Below are positions 24,623 through 32,000 of a stretch of 32,000 bases of DNA, piece after piece; within the stretch, counting starts at the first letter, position 1; each line of letters begins with the position of its first letter. This DNA comes from Candidatus Cyanaurora vandensis (GTDB taxonomy: Bacteria > Cyanobacteriota > Cyanobacteriia > Gloeobacterales > Anthocerotibacteraceae). The notes beneath the pieces are model-generated. The model saw only the letters and a list, made by a program, of their open reading frames with translations, was not told the origin of the DNA and made no database searches. Location: positions 1 to 32,000 of the forward strand of contig NZ_JAAXLT010000147.1 in the NCBI RefSeq assembly GCF_013285555.1, written 5' to 3'. The position numbers were made by a program, and so were the translations under genes.

Positions 24623-24624
24623 GG

Positions 24625-25563
24625 ATGCGCGTACTCATTATTGGCGGCACACGGTTTGTCGGCTATCACCTCACTTGGCAGTTGGTCCGGGAGGGGCATC
24701 AAGTGGTCCTCTTCAACCGGGGGCGACAAGCAGCGGTCCTACCCGAGGGCGTTGAACGTTTGCTTGGGGACCGCGACCAACCCGAGCAGGTCCGGCAATT
24801 GCTCGCAGACCAACAGTTCGATGCCGTGTTTGATACCAGTGGTCGTAAACGGGAACAGACGGCCCTCTTTGCTGAACTCCTCCGGGGCAAGGTACAGCAT
24901 TTTGGCTATATCAGTTCGGCGGGGGTATATGCCTTGGCGGAAGAGTGGCCCCTGACGGAAGCTAGCCCGATTGATCCCAAAAGCCGCCACATTGGGAAAT
25001 GGGAGACCGACGATTATCTCCTCAGTGACCCCCAACTCCGGGCGACGAGTATCCGTCCGGTCTATATCTATGGTCCCCAGAACTACAACGATATTGAGGC
25101 TTGGTTCTTTGACCGTTTGGTACGCGACCAGCCCATCCTCATCCCCGGTGACGGGCAGACCTTGACCCAGTTGGGCCATGCCCTAGACCTCGCCCGTGCC
25201 TGTACCGCGATTTTGGGTAAGGAACGGGCGGTGGGACAGGTGTATAACGTCTCGGGTAGTCATTTTGTCAGCTTTACGGGGCTAGCCCTGGCTTGTGCTG
25301 AAGCTTGTCAAAAATCGGCGCAACTGCTCTATTTCGACAGTGCGTCGCTAGGCCGTAAGTTCTTCCCGTTGCGTCAGCAGCATTTTTTCAGCAGTATTGC
25401 CAAGGCTGAGCGGGACTTGGCTTGGTCGCCGGACTTCAGTCTGGTGGCGGGGTTGACGGATTCCTGGCAGTGGTACCAAGCGAGCGGACGGGCGAATAGT
25501 GCGGCGGATTTCAGTCAAGACCAAGCGATTCGCTCAGCGATGGGAGGCCGTCATGGCGGATGA
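24625..25563 (+). CDS. NAD-dependent epimerase/dehydratase (CSP41-like SDR)
   Basis: MRVLIIGGTRFVGYHL is a Rossmann GxxGxxG motif. GGAGG at 24613-17 lies upstream of the ATG at 24625. The upstream extension in the ORF track overlaps cbiX and was rejected. Confidence 0.7.
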   Translation: MRVLIIGGTRFVGYHLTWQLVREGHQVVLFNRGRQAAVLPEGVERLLGDRDQPEQVRQLLADQQFDAVFDTSGRKREQTALFAELLRGKVQHFGYISSAGVYALAEEWPLTEASPIDPKSRHIGKWETDDYLLSDPQLRATSIRPVYIYGPQNYNDIEAWFFDRLVRDQPILIPGDGQTLTQLGHALDLARACTAILGKERAVGQVYNVSGSHFVSFTGLALACAEACQKSAQLLYFDSASLGRKFFPLRQQHFFSSIAKAERDLAWSPDFSLVAGLTDSWQWYQASGRANSAADFSQDQAIRSAMGGRHGG

Positions 25564-26227
25564 GTTCTCACGTAATGCCGGGACCTACGGTTCTGCGGCA
25601 ATCAAGGCTTATCTGGAGGGTTTGTACAGTCCCTCCACCCCGGCTTTAAATGATGCGTTGGCTCAACTGGAAACCATGGGGATGCCCCAGATCCAGATCG
25701 CGCCCACGGAGGGGAAGCTGTTGGCCCTGTTACTCAAGCTCATCGGGGCCAAAAAAGTCGTGGAATTGGGTACGCTCTCGGGTTACTCGGGGTTGTGGCT
25801 GGCGGGGGCTTTACCCGAGGACGGGCACCTCTGGACTTTTGAGTACGACCCCAAACATGCGGCTGTCGCCCAGGGAGTTTTCCAACGGGCAGGGCTGGCT
25901 CAGCGGGTGACGGTTTTGGTGGGTGCGGCTCTGGCTAACCTCTCCATCATTGAGGACCAGGCCCCCTTTGACGCCGTATTCATTGATGCCGATAAACATA
26001 ACTATGGTCGGTACGGACAGTGGGCCTTGCAACATCTGAGGCCGGGGGGCTTGGTGATTGGGGACAATGCCTATCTCTTCGGATATCTGGCGGGACGGGA
26101 GCCCGATAGTGAGACTAGTCTGGCGGCGATTGCCGGGATGCGTCACTTCCACGAGTTACTGTCCCAGCACTGTGAGGCGGTCTGTATCCCCACGGCGGAT
26201 GGGTTAGCGGTGGGCCGCAAAACCTAA
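25553..26227 (+). CDS. Class I SAM-dependent O-methyltransferase (caffeoyl-CoA OMT-like family 3)
   Basis: VVELGTLSGYSGLWLA (SAM motif I), FIDADKHNY, GGLVIGDN. GGGAGG lies upstream of the ATG at 25553. It overlaps the epimerase stop by 11 nt. Confidence 0.75.
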   Translation: MADEFSRNAGTYGSAAIKAYLEGLYSPSTPALNDALAQLETMGMPQIQIAPTEGKLLALLLKLIGAKKVVELGTLSGYSGLWLAGALPEDGHLWTFEYDPKHAAVAQGVFQRAGLAQRVTVLVGAALANLSIIEDQAPFDAVFIDADKHNYGRYGQWALQHLRPGGLVIGDNAYLFGYLAGREPDSETSLAAIAGMRHFHELLSQHCEAVCIPTADGLAVGRKT

Positions 26228-26613
26228 CGCTGGTGGCGCACTTCTACAACAGTATGGACATTGCCACGGGGGTTGAAGTCCGCTTTGAGATGGAGGTTGA
26301 GGGGGTCCATTGCTCCTACGAGGTCATCAAGGATCTGATTGGTCACTTCCTCATGAGGAATGTAGCGGTCGCGATAGCTGTTGATATAAAGCTTGAGAGA
26401 CTTGAGTTCTACGACTTTGAGGTAAGGGGTGTAGGTCAAGTAGAGGGTGGCAAAATCAGGGTAGCCAGAGAAAGGACATTTACAGGTGAACTCCGGCAGG
26501 GTGATGTGAATCTGGTAATCCCGGCCTGGACGGGGGTTGTCAAACAGGACAAATTCCCCTCCAGCAATGGCCCGTTCACCGTATTTAGGGGGAGTTTCTG
26601 GGGTTGTTTCCAT
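26224..26613 (-). CDS. queF: NADPH-dependent 7-cyano-7-deazaguanine (preQ0) reductase, unimodular type
   Basis: 129 aa with catalytic-Cys context FTCKCPFSGYPDFA and the QueF motif ELKSLKLYINSYR...HE. Confidence 0.85.
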   Translation of the reverse strand: METTPETPPKYGERAIAGGEFVLFDNPRPGRDYQIHITLPEFTCKCPFSGYPDFATLYLTYTPYLKVVELKSLKLYINSYRDRYIPHEEVTNQILDDLVGAMDPLNLHLKADFNPRGNVHTVVEVRHQR

Positions 26614-26865
26614 GGTGGCGTATTAAAAAGCTTTTCCTATTTTAGTAGCCTCAGCTAGAGCGTCAGTTACAGCAGCTTTCCTGATTCCTCACACTCCCTG
26701 AACAAATGGTAGCGCGGTAGTCTTTTTTACTAGTCCGGTAGTCTTTAAGACTCATTTATGAGGGGGCTGGTATTTGGGGATGTGGACTAGCGTGAGTCGG
26801 TCTGGGCATGTGGTCAGCGGACCTATGGCACGATGGGGTCGTACGCTCTGTGTCTACCCGTGTCC

Positions 26866-27852
26866 ATGATGGCCCAGCCCCTCCAAGTAGGTAGTGTTAC
26901 GCTCCATAGCCGGGTCTTCCAATCACCCTTGGCGGGGGTGACAGACCGGGTTTTTCGGCAATTGGTGCGCCGCTTTGCCCCGGATTCGCTGAGCTATACC
27001 GAGATGGTCAGTGCCACAGGGTTACATTACGCCAAGGAACTGCCCTACGTAATGGATGTGGGCCAGGGTGAAACACCCATTGGTATTCAGCTATTTGACT
27101 GCCGCCCGGACTTTTTGGTGGAGGCAGCGGTCTTGGCTCAACGAGAGGGCGCACAGATTATTGATATCAACATGGGCTGCCCGGTCAATAAGATTACCAA
27201 GAACGGCGGCGGCTCTAGTCTGCTTAAGGACCCCCGACTGGCTGGGGAGATTGTCGCTCGTGTGGCCGAAGCAGTCAGCGTCCCGGTCACGGTCAAGACC
27301 CGGATTGGCTGGTCTGACCAGGACATCAATATCCTGGATTTCGCCCAACGCATGGCGGATAGCGGTGCCCAATTAATTACGGTTCATGCCCGGACCCGCG
27401 CCCAAGGCTTCGATGGTCCCGCCCGGTGGGAGTGGATTGCCCGCGTCAAGGCAAAGCTTACTATCCCGGTCATCGCCAATGGGGATATCTTCTCAATTGC
27501 CGCAGCTCAACAATGTCTAGCCCTCACTGGGGCTGACGGAGTAATGTGTTCGCGGGGGACGATGGGCAATCCAGGGCTAGTCGGTCAGATTGACCACTTC
27601 TTCAAGACTGGAGAGCAGTTGCCCGACCCCAGCCCCGCTCAACGACTCCGCCTAGCCCGTGAACACATCCAACTCCTGCACGGCTACAAGGGCCAACGGG
27701 GTCTGCAACAATCACGTAAACACGCCACTTGGTATGTCAAGAGCGTGCCGGGAGCGGGTCTACTCCGTGGTCAACTCGCCCGTCTAGAATCCGTGGCCCA
27801 AGCTGAGGACCTAATTGAACAGGCTCTCCAGACCTTACCGCCCGATTTATGA
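26866..27852 (+). CDS. dusB: tRNA-dihydrouridine synthase
   Basis: SPLAGVTD..FR, IDINMGCP..K, VTVK.R.GW and HARTR are Dus family blocks. The start is set at the ATG at 26866; 26833 and 26869 are also possible. Confidence 0.85.
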   Translation: MMAQPLQVGSVTLHSRVFQSPLAGVTDRVFRQLVRRFAPDSLSYTEMVSATGLHYAKELPYVMDVGQGETPIGIQLFDCRPDFLVEAAVLAQREGAQIIDINMGCPVNKITKNGGGSSLLKDPRLAGEIVARVAEAVSVPVTVKTRIGWSDQDINILDFAQRMADSGAQLITVHARTRAQGFDGPARWEWIARVKAKLTIPVIANGDIFSIAAAQQCLALTGADGVMCSRGTMGNPGLVGQIDHFFKTGEQLPDPSPAQRLRLAREHIQLLHGYKGQRGLQQSRKHATWYVKSVPGAGLLRGQLARLESVAQAEDLIEQALQTLPPDL

Positions 27853-28057
27853 AAAGTGCAGAAGAGCGTGAATAGTGGGTAGCTAAGCCAGAGAAGCGAC
27901 TATGTTGCTTGATAGGGAATAAGTGGTAACCCGAGCTTTTACGCGATGTCTAGCATCAGACACAACTCGGTTTACCGCTCATGCTCTCAGTAGGCAAGGC
28001 GGTTATATCTTATTCCTCGCCTGCTCATCTGTGCCCGCTGTACACAGGGTAGAGAGC

Positions 28058-28375
28058 TTAACCCTTGTTGCAAGCGTCTTTGTTTTGCTCCTGTTGGACC
28101 ACGGCCCCGGCTCCAGCCCCGACAGCTCCCCCAAGGAGACCGCCACCCAACACCAAACCTGTCCCTGCACCATAGAGTGCGCCCTTGGTGACGTTATTGT
28201 TTTTTTCGTCGGGACCACAGGATAGGTTAGGGCTGAGGGTTTTGTTGATACCCGTATTGGTTTTTTTCTTTTGGTTCGTCTTGACATTGGCTTCCTGTTT
28301 ACTCTGTGCGGTCGCCGGCAGCATCGTCACCATCATTAAACCCGCCAACAGCAAAGCACTCGCTCGTGCAATCAT
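28058..28375 (-). CDS. Small secreted glycine-zipper protein
   Basis: Signal peptide MIARASALLLAGLMMVTMLPATAQS, a Lys/Asn-rich middle, and a C-terminal GALYGAGTGLVLGGGLLGGAVGAGAGAVV glycine zipper. Confidence 0.6.
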   Translation of the reverse strand: MIARASALLLAGLMMVTMLPATAQSKQEANVKTNQKKKTNTGINKTLSPNLSCGPDEKNNNVTKGALYGAGTGLVLGGGLLGGAVGAGAGAVVQQEQNKDACNKG

Positions 28376-28486
28376 GATATTCCCCTAAGTTCTTAAGTCC
28401 ATCTTGCTGACTCTAGCTGGCGTAAACGTCCATCAATTGGGAGAAGTTCAGCTATCGCAGGAGAGAAATATCCAGGCGAGATTTAG

Positions 28487-28502
28487 CAATATGTTGATAT
28501 TG
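28487..28502. promoter_or_regulatory. AT-rich palindrome CAATAT-GTTG-ATATTG upstream of the TonB-dependent receptor (possible Fur-type operator)
   Basis: A perfect 6-bp inverted repeat with a 4-bp spacer, about 63 nt upstream of the ATG at 28565. The functional assignment is inference only. Confidence 0.25.
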
Positions 28503-28564
28503 AACTTTTTGCGGTGCAGGATTGAGCATAAATGGTACGAACTTTCTGTTTCGGGTGTGTGAGG

Positions 28565-30961
28565 ATGAGCTACTTTTTGCGTAAAGGCACGGTGCGCGGG
28601 TACAGCCGCTTTGGGTATAGTGCCCAATTATTTTGCGTGACCCTACTCGCGGGGCTGGGCTTAGGCCAAGTCCAAGCTGAACCGATTGCCCAAGCTAATG
28701 ATCTCGAACCGACCAGCCAAGCCCAAGCGTTGCTCGGCGCGACGGGGACCTACTCGGACTTGACCCCGGACCTGATGGCCCAGACCCCCGCGCCAACGAC
28801 CACTGAAGAAGATGAAAGCCAGGAACCTGTAGACCTCTTGGGGGAGTTCAACGTCACTGCCCAACGCCGCCGGACCACGGAACGGGAGAACACCCAGACG
28901 ACCTATATTGTCAACCGCGAAGAAATCCGCGCCCTCGGTGCCACCACCGTCTCCGATGCCCTGCGCCTAGTACCGGGCTTCACCTTGATTGAGACCTTGG
29001 GCGGGGTGGACTTGCGGGGTTCCAACTTCCTGCGGGGTCTAGACGATGCCCGTTTTATTATTCTCCAGGATGGTCGGCCCCTGACCCGGGCCTCCAACAA
29101 CCGCGCCTCGGATATCTCCAAGCTCTCAATTGTTAACGTTGAGCGCATCGAGGTCGTGACCGGGGGGGCAACCCTGCGTTATGGGGCAGACGCGGTGGCG
29201 GGGGTCATCAACATCATTACCCGTGTCCCGGAAGGCCCACCCCAGGTCAGTGCTTCGGCAACCTTTGGTAGCTTTGGCTTTGCTCAGTACACTTTGTCCT
29301 ACTCGGGCAGTACCGGACCCCTGACGACTCCTGGTAACTTCGCCTATGACATTGGTTATGAGCGGCGTTCGGCGATCAATGATTTCTTATTTACCTCCGA
29401 TGTCCAGAGCTACAACGGGCAAGATGTGCTGGTCCTAGGCGCGGGGGGTTCAGCTACTTTCTCACCCGGCGGCTACACCTTCACGTCCAAGGCCATCCAG
29501 AACTACGTCTTCAGTGACCTGTACTTCGGCAAGGTAGTCTTCAAACCGGGTCAAGACCACACCGTTACTGTCTATGCCCAGCAACAGAATACCCGCCGGG
29601 GTTCGCTTGGCTTTGGGTCCGGCTCGGGGTTGGTCAGTTATTACGATGACATCATTGATCCCAATGACCCTTACTTCGGGTACCCACGGGGCTACAGTGC
29701 CGCCGTCTTCTCCACTGAGTATTACCAATCCATTCCGGGTATCTTCGGGGATGCTGATTCCCAGGAAGACGACACGGGGCTAAACGTGACCTGGGATTGG
29801 AACCTGAGCGAACTCAACACCCTTACTACTCAATTCTCCTACAAACATACCTCCTCGTTTAACCCCACGAGCGGGGGCCAAAGGTACCTCAACAACCGTA
29901 CCTACGAAGCCCAAATCCGTTACGTGGCGGAGTTGTACCGAGGCAATACGCTCAACGCCGGGTTTCAGTTCATCACGAACCGCTCGGTCCAAAGCCCGGA
30001 GATTGGACGGCCCAGTGTCTTGCTGCCCGGTACGCCACCCGGTCTACGGCTAGCTTTTGACCGGGAGATTAGTCGGGTGGCGGTCTTCTTCACGGAGGAC
30101 CTGCGCTTCTTTGACGATGCGTTGATTACCAACTTCGGGGCACGGACCACTTCTGACGTACAGTTCGGGGTCTACACTTCCCTGGGGGCGGGGCTACGGT
30201 ACAACTTCGGGGGAGAAAGGGGCCGCGAACCCTTCGGTTTACGGTTTAACTACTCCGAGTCCTTCAAGGCACCGGGCCTCTCTCAGCTCTACGCCACCTT
30301 CACCTCGGGCCGCAACACCGCCTTGCCCAATCCCAACCTAGAGCCGGAACTGGGTAAGGGTTTTGATATCGGTCTGGACATTCAGATTGGACCTTCAGCT
30401 CTATTGCGGGCAACCTACTTCCGCACTGATGTCGTCAATGCCGTTCTAGAGGGCGTACAGACCTTCAATGATGGAATCCGTACCGAGAGCCAAACCATCA
30501 ACGCACAGGCGACCCTCACCAACGGGTGGGAGTTCTTGTTCGAATGGCAGATTGACCCGACCATCAGCTTCCAGGTCAATCACTCAATTTTGGATGCGCG
30601 ACCCGTGGGTAACGCAGTTGATGACGGATTGCCATTTTTCATCTCGCGGGGCTACTTCTATGGGCAACAGTTCGCCGATGTGCCCTTCAACACCACCAAC
30701 GTCGCCCTGCGCTACAACTCCTCTGGGTTCAATGCGGCCTTGAGCGGGGTTTTAGTGGGTAGAAGGCCGATTGCAGCCACGAGCTTCATCGCCAGGGAGT
30801 TCACTCGCTTTGACCTGACCGCCAGTGTCCCGATTACCCCAGCGATTACTATCAACGGCGGGGTCTTCAACCTGCTCAACCAACAGTACGATGCCATCGC
30901 CTCCTTCAATTACCCCGGTGCGCCCATCAGCTTCCGGTTCGGGGTAGAAGCCACGTTCTAG
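28565..30961 (+). CDS. TonB-dependent outer-membrane receptor
   Basis: It has a signal peptide ending ...GQVQA, a plug domain (VTAQRR...TYIVNREEIRALGATTVSDALRLVPGF, IEVVTGGATLRYGADAVAGVINIIT), a long beta-barrel, and a terminal aromatic residue (...GVEATF). The start is set at the ATG at 28565, preceded by GAGG. Confidence 0.88.
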   Translation: MSYFLRKGTVRGYSRFGYSAQLFCVTLLAGLGLGQVQAEPIAQANDLEPTSQAQALLGATGTYSDLTPDLMAQTPAPTTTEEDESQEPVDLLGEFNVTAQRRRTTERENTQTTYIVNREEIRALGATTVSDALRLVPGFTLIETLGGVDLRGSNFLRGLDDARFIILQDGRPLTRASNNRASDISKLSIVNVERIEVVTGGATLRYGADAVAGVINIITRVPEGPPQVSASATFGSFGFAQYTLSYSGSTGPLTTPGNFAYDIGYERRSAINDFLFTSDVQSYNGQDVLVLGAGGSATFSPGGYTFTSKAIQNYVFSDLYFGKVVFKPGQDHTVTVYAQQQNTRRGSLGFGSGSGLVSYYDDIIDPNDPYFGYPRGYSAAVFSTEYYQSIPGIFGDADSQEDDTGLNVTWDWNLSELNTLTTQFSYKHTSSFNPTSGGQRYLNNRTYEAQIRYVAELYRGNTLNAGFQFITNRSVQSPEIGRPSVLLPGTPPGLRLAFDREISRVAVFFTEDLRFFDDALITNFGARTTSDVQFGVYTSLGAGLRYNFGGERGREPFGLRFNYSESFKAPGLSQLYATFTSGRNTALPNPNLEPELGKGFDIGLDIQIGPSALLRATYFRTDVVNAVLEGVQTFNDGIRTESQTINAQATLTNGWEFLFEWQIDPTISFQVNHSILDARPVGNAVDDGLPFFISRGYFYGQQFADVPFNTTNVALRYNSSGFNAALSGVLVGRRPIAATSFIAREFTRFDLTASVPITPAITINGGVFNLLNQQYDAIASFNYPGAPISFRFGVEATF

Positions 30962-30965
30962 CCCG

Positions 30966-31015
30966 ATGCTCCGAAAAGTCCCCCTGGCTCCGGCTGGGGG
31001 GATTTTTCGGAGCAT
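30966..31015 (+). terminator. Long stem-loop after the TonB-dependent receptor gene
   Basis: ATGCTCCGAAAAGTCCCCC (30966-30984) pairs with GGGGGGATTTTTCGGAGCAT (30996-31015) over about 19 bp with one mismatch. No trailing U-tract. Confidence 0.45.
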
Positions 31016-31035
31016 TGCCAAAATGAGCCTCCCAA

Positions 31036-31055
31036 GTCGCTTTGGGTAAGTCCTG
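31036..31055. repeat. Solo right-end copy (C) of the TIR repeat family
   Basis: GTCGCTTTGGGTAAGTCCTG is 19/20 identical to the right end of copy A (15715-15734, GTCGCTTTGCGTAAGTCCTG). Confidence 0.55.
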
Positions 31056-31062
31056 AGGGCAA

Positions 31063-31422
31063 CAGGACTTACGTACAGCCCATAGTCCCTAATGAAGAAA
31101 TAGCCATCACACGTGGTTGGGTACAACATCGTCCCTTCGCTCGCAGCAGACCGTGACCCGCCATCGTTTCACGCGCTGGTCACCAGGGAACTTCTTACGC
31201 TTGAGGACTTTGCCACCGTCTAACTCCGTTTCGGTCCCAGTCAAGGCCCGGACTCGTGGAGCGGGCTGTGCCCCTTGGGTGTCATCCACAAGCCGATTTC
31301 TTTTGCTAGGACAGGAATCGGTCTTCTGCATAGCATCAATCATCCACAGCTGACATCCACAGCTGAGGGGCAGGTCACGGCTCCACTATCCGATCGACTC
31401 CTCTTGCTCTGCGTAAGTCCTG
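31063..31422. mobile_element. TIR-bounded decayed IS remnant (copy B, 360 bp), possibly IS5-family derived
   Basis: The ends are CAGGACTTACGTA (31063-) and TGCGTAAGTCCTG (31410-31422). The first 50 nt are 46/50 identical to copy A. The minus strand reads WSRDLP...W and LVDDTQGAQ-x14-LDGGKVLKRKKF, which from memory recall IS5-family transposase blocks. Confidence 0.5.
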
Positions 31423-31752
31423 ACCGTGTCAGCCCGACATCAGCTAGATCCTTATCTGCTCGCGCTCACGCTGGATGGTACGCTCTGCTGTCTTGGTATT
31501 CCTGACGGCATGGGGTTCACCCCGCTCCTCCTCACCATGGGATGGCGGCGGCTGACGAGTTCTGGGTCTGGGGGTAGCGTTGAAACGCAGGAGATGCTGG
31601 ATTTCTGTAGCAAACACAATATCTCAGCCGATATCGAGACCACCAAGGCCACAGATGTTAACGATGGTTTTGAACGACTTGAGCGGGGTGATGTGCATTA
31701 TCGTCTGGTAATTGACATGTCCACACTCGCGGTACCAACCGGCATCACCTAA
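31423..31752 (+). pseudogene. Zinc-type (cinnamyl/aryl) alcohol dehydrogenase fragment; only the C-terminal ~110 codons remain
   Basis: TVSARHQLDPYLLALTLDGTLCCLGIP...GGSVETQEMLDFCSKHNISADIE...VNDGFERLERGDVHYRLVIDM matches the C-terminal third of MDR-family ADHs. The reading begins exactly at the element B edge. Confidence 0.7.
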
Positions 31753-31757
31753 CGGAT

Positions 31758-32000
31758 TTAGCAATCGAGCGTGTGCTCTAACTCCCATGGGCTGATGTGA
31801 CTACTATAGTCCTGCCATTCCCGATGCTTAAGCTTCAGGTAAGAAGTGACAAATTCAGGCCCTAACCGCTCAGACAAGATTGAGTTTGTTTCGAGGCAGC
31901 GCAAAGCATCCAGCAAGTTGGCGGGGAGGGTACTGGTTGCGGACGGGTCGGTGTAGCTGTTGCGGTCATTGCGGGGTCCGGGGTCCCGCTGCTGGGTGAT
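31758..32000 (-). CDS. Glutamine-synthetase-family protein, C-terminal 80 codons (5' part beyond the right window edge)
   Basis: This is absent from the ORF track because the visible part has no Met. The minus frame is open from 32000 to TAA (plus-strand TTA at 31758-31760): ...LPANLLDALRCLETNSILSERLGPEFVTSYLKLKHREWQDYSSHISPWELEHTLDC*. The pattern is typical of GS/GlnA-like C-termini. Confidence 0.55.
   Translation of the reverse strand: MTQQRDPGPRNDRNSYTDPSATSTLPANLLDALRCLETNSILSERLGPEFVTSYLKLKHREWQDYSSHISPWELEHTLDC

Noticed and set aside
26614-26720. Possible preQ1 riboswitch in the queF leader
   Set aside because: The minus-strand leader contains CUCUAGCUGAGGCUACUAAAAUAGG. However, I cannot form the P1 stem or the conserved loop and A-rich tail arrangement of preQ1-I or preQ1-II aptamers.
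27923-28287. ORFs 27923-28225 (plus) and 28003-28287 (minus) overlapping the glycine-zipper gene
   Set aside because: The frame 28058-28375 (minus) has a convincing signal peptide and glycine zipper. The others are overlapping shadow frames.
28376-28564. Cobalamin or other riboswitch upstream of the TonB-dependent receptor (and upstream of cbiX, 23867-23911)
   Set aside because: No B12-box-like core or multi-stem architecture is seen, and the cbiX leader is too short.
1-32000. CRISPR arrays, tRNA or rRNA genes, and HIP1 (GCGATCGC) enrichment
   Set aside because: I found no regularly spaced direct repeats, no cloverleaf candidates and no rRNA-like stretches by eye. I saw no exact GCGATCGC copy in the regions I read closely. 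This was a visual scan, not an exhaustive search.

Overview
This 32-kb window reads like a cyanobacterial chromosome segment. That assignment is an inference from gene content: FtsH, a Uma2-family nuclease, a CSP41-like epimerase, rplM-rpsI-rpmE, and an IS605-type tnpB with the typical omega-RNA tail. Most of the window is ordinary, GC-rich housekeeping DNA: ftsH, iscX, an ABC-F ATPase, a KS-AT polyketide-synthase-like gene, a pterin dehydratase, a glycerate-kinase-like gene, gshB, three ribosomal protein genes, a GST, lat, an adenosine-deaminase-like gene, cbiX, an epimerase, an O-methyltransferase, queF, dusB and a TonB-dependent receptor. I found no rRNA, tRNA or CRISPR array. The unusual content is mobile DNA and decay. 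(1) The left edge holds the 3' end of a tnpB gene with its omega-RNA scaffold. A second, tnpB-less omega-RNA-like right end lies on the opposite strand just past ftsH, so ftsH is bracketed by two inward-facing IS605-type ends. (2) An AT-rich island at about 12.9-16.4 kb carries an intact C5 cytosine methyltransferase, a partner nuclease ORF split by one in-frame TAA, and two further genes broken by nonsense, frameshift or truncation lesions. (3) A repeat family with a 13-nt terminal inverted repeat (CAGGACTTACGCA) has two bounded copies plus a solo end. Every edge that touches coding sequence coincides with a gene truncation, and one copy holds what look like decayed IS5-family transposase codons. 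(4) The stand-alone KS-AT protein has an intact KS catalytic triad, but non-canonical residues at every AT catalytic motif I could align. I cannot show from sequence alone that any of these is a new biological system. The strongest candidates for follow-up are the orphan omega-RNA-like element, the methyltransferase-linked split nuclease module and the degenerate KS-AT.
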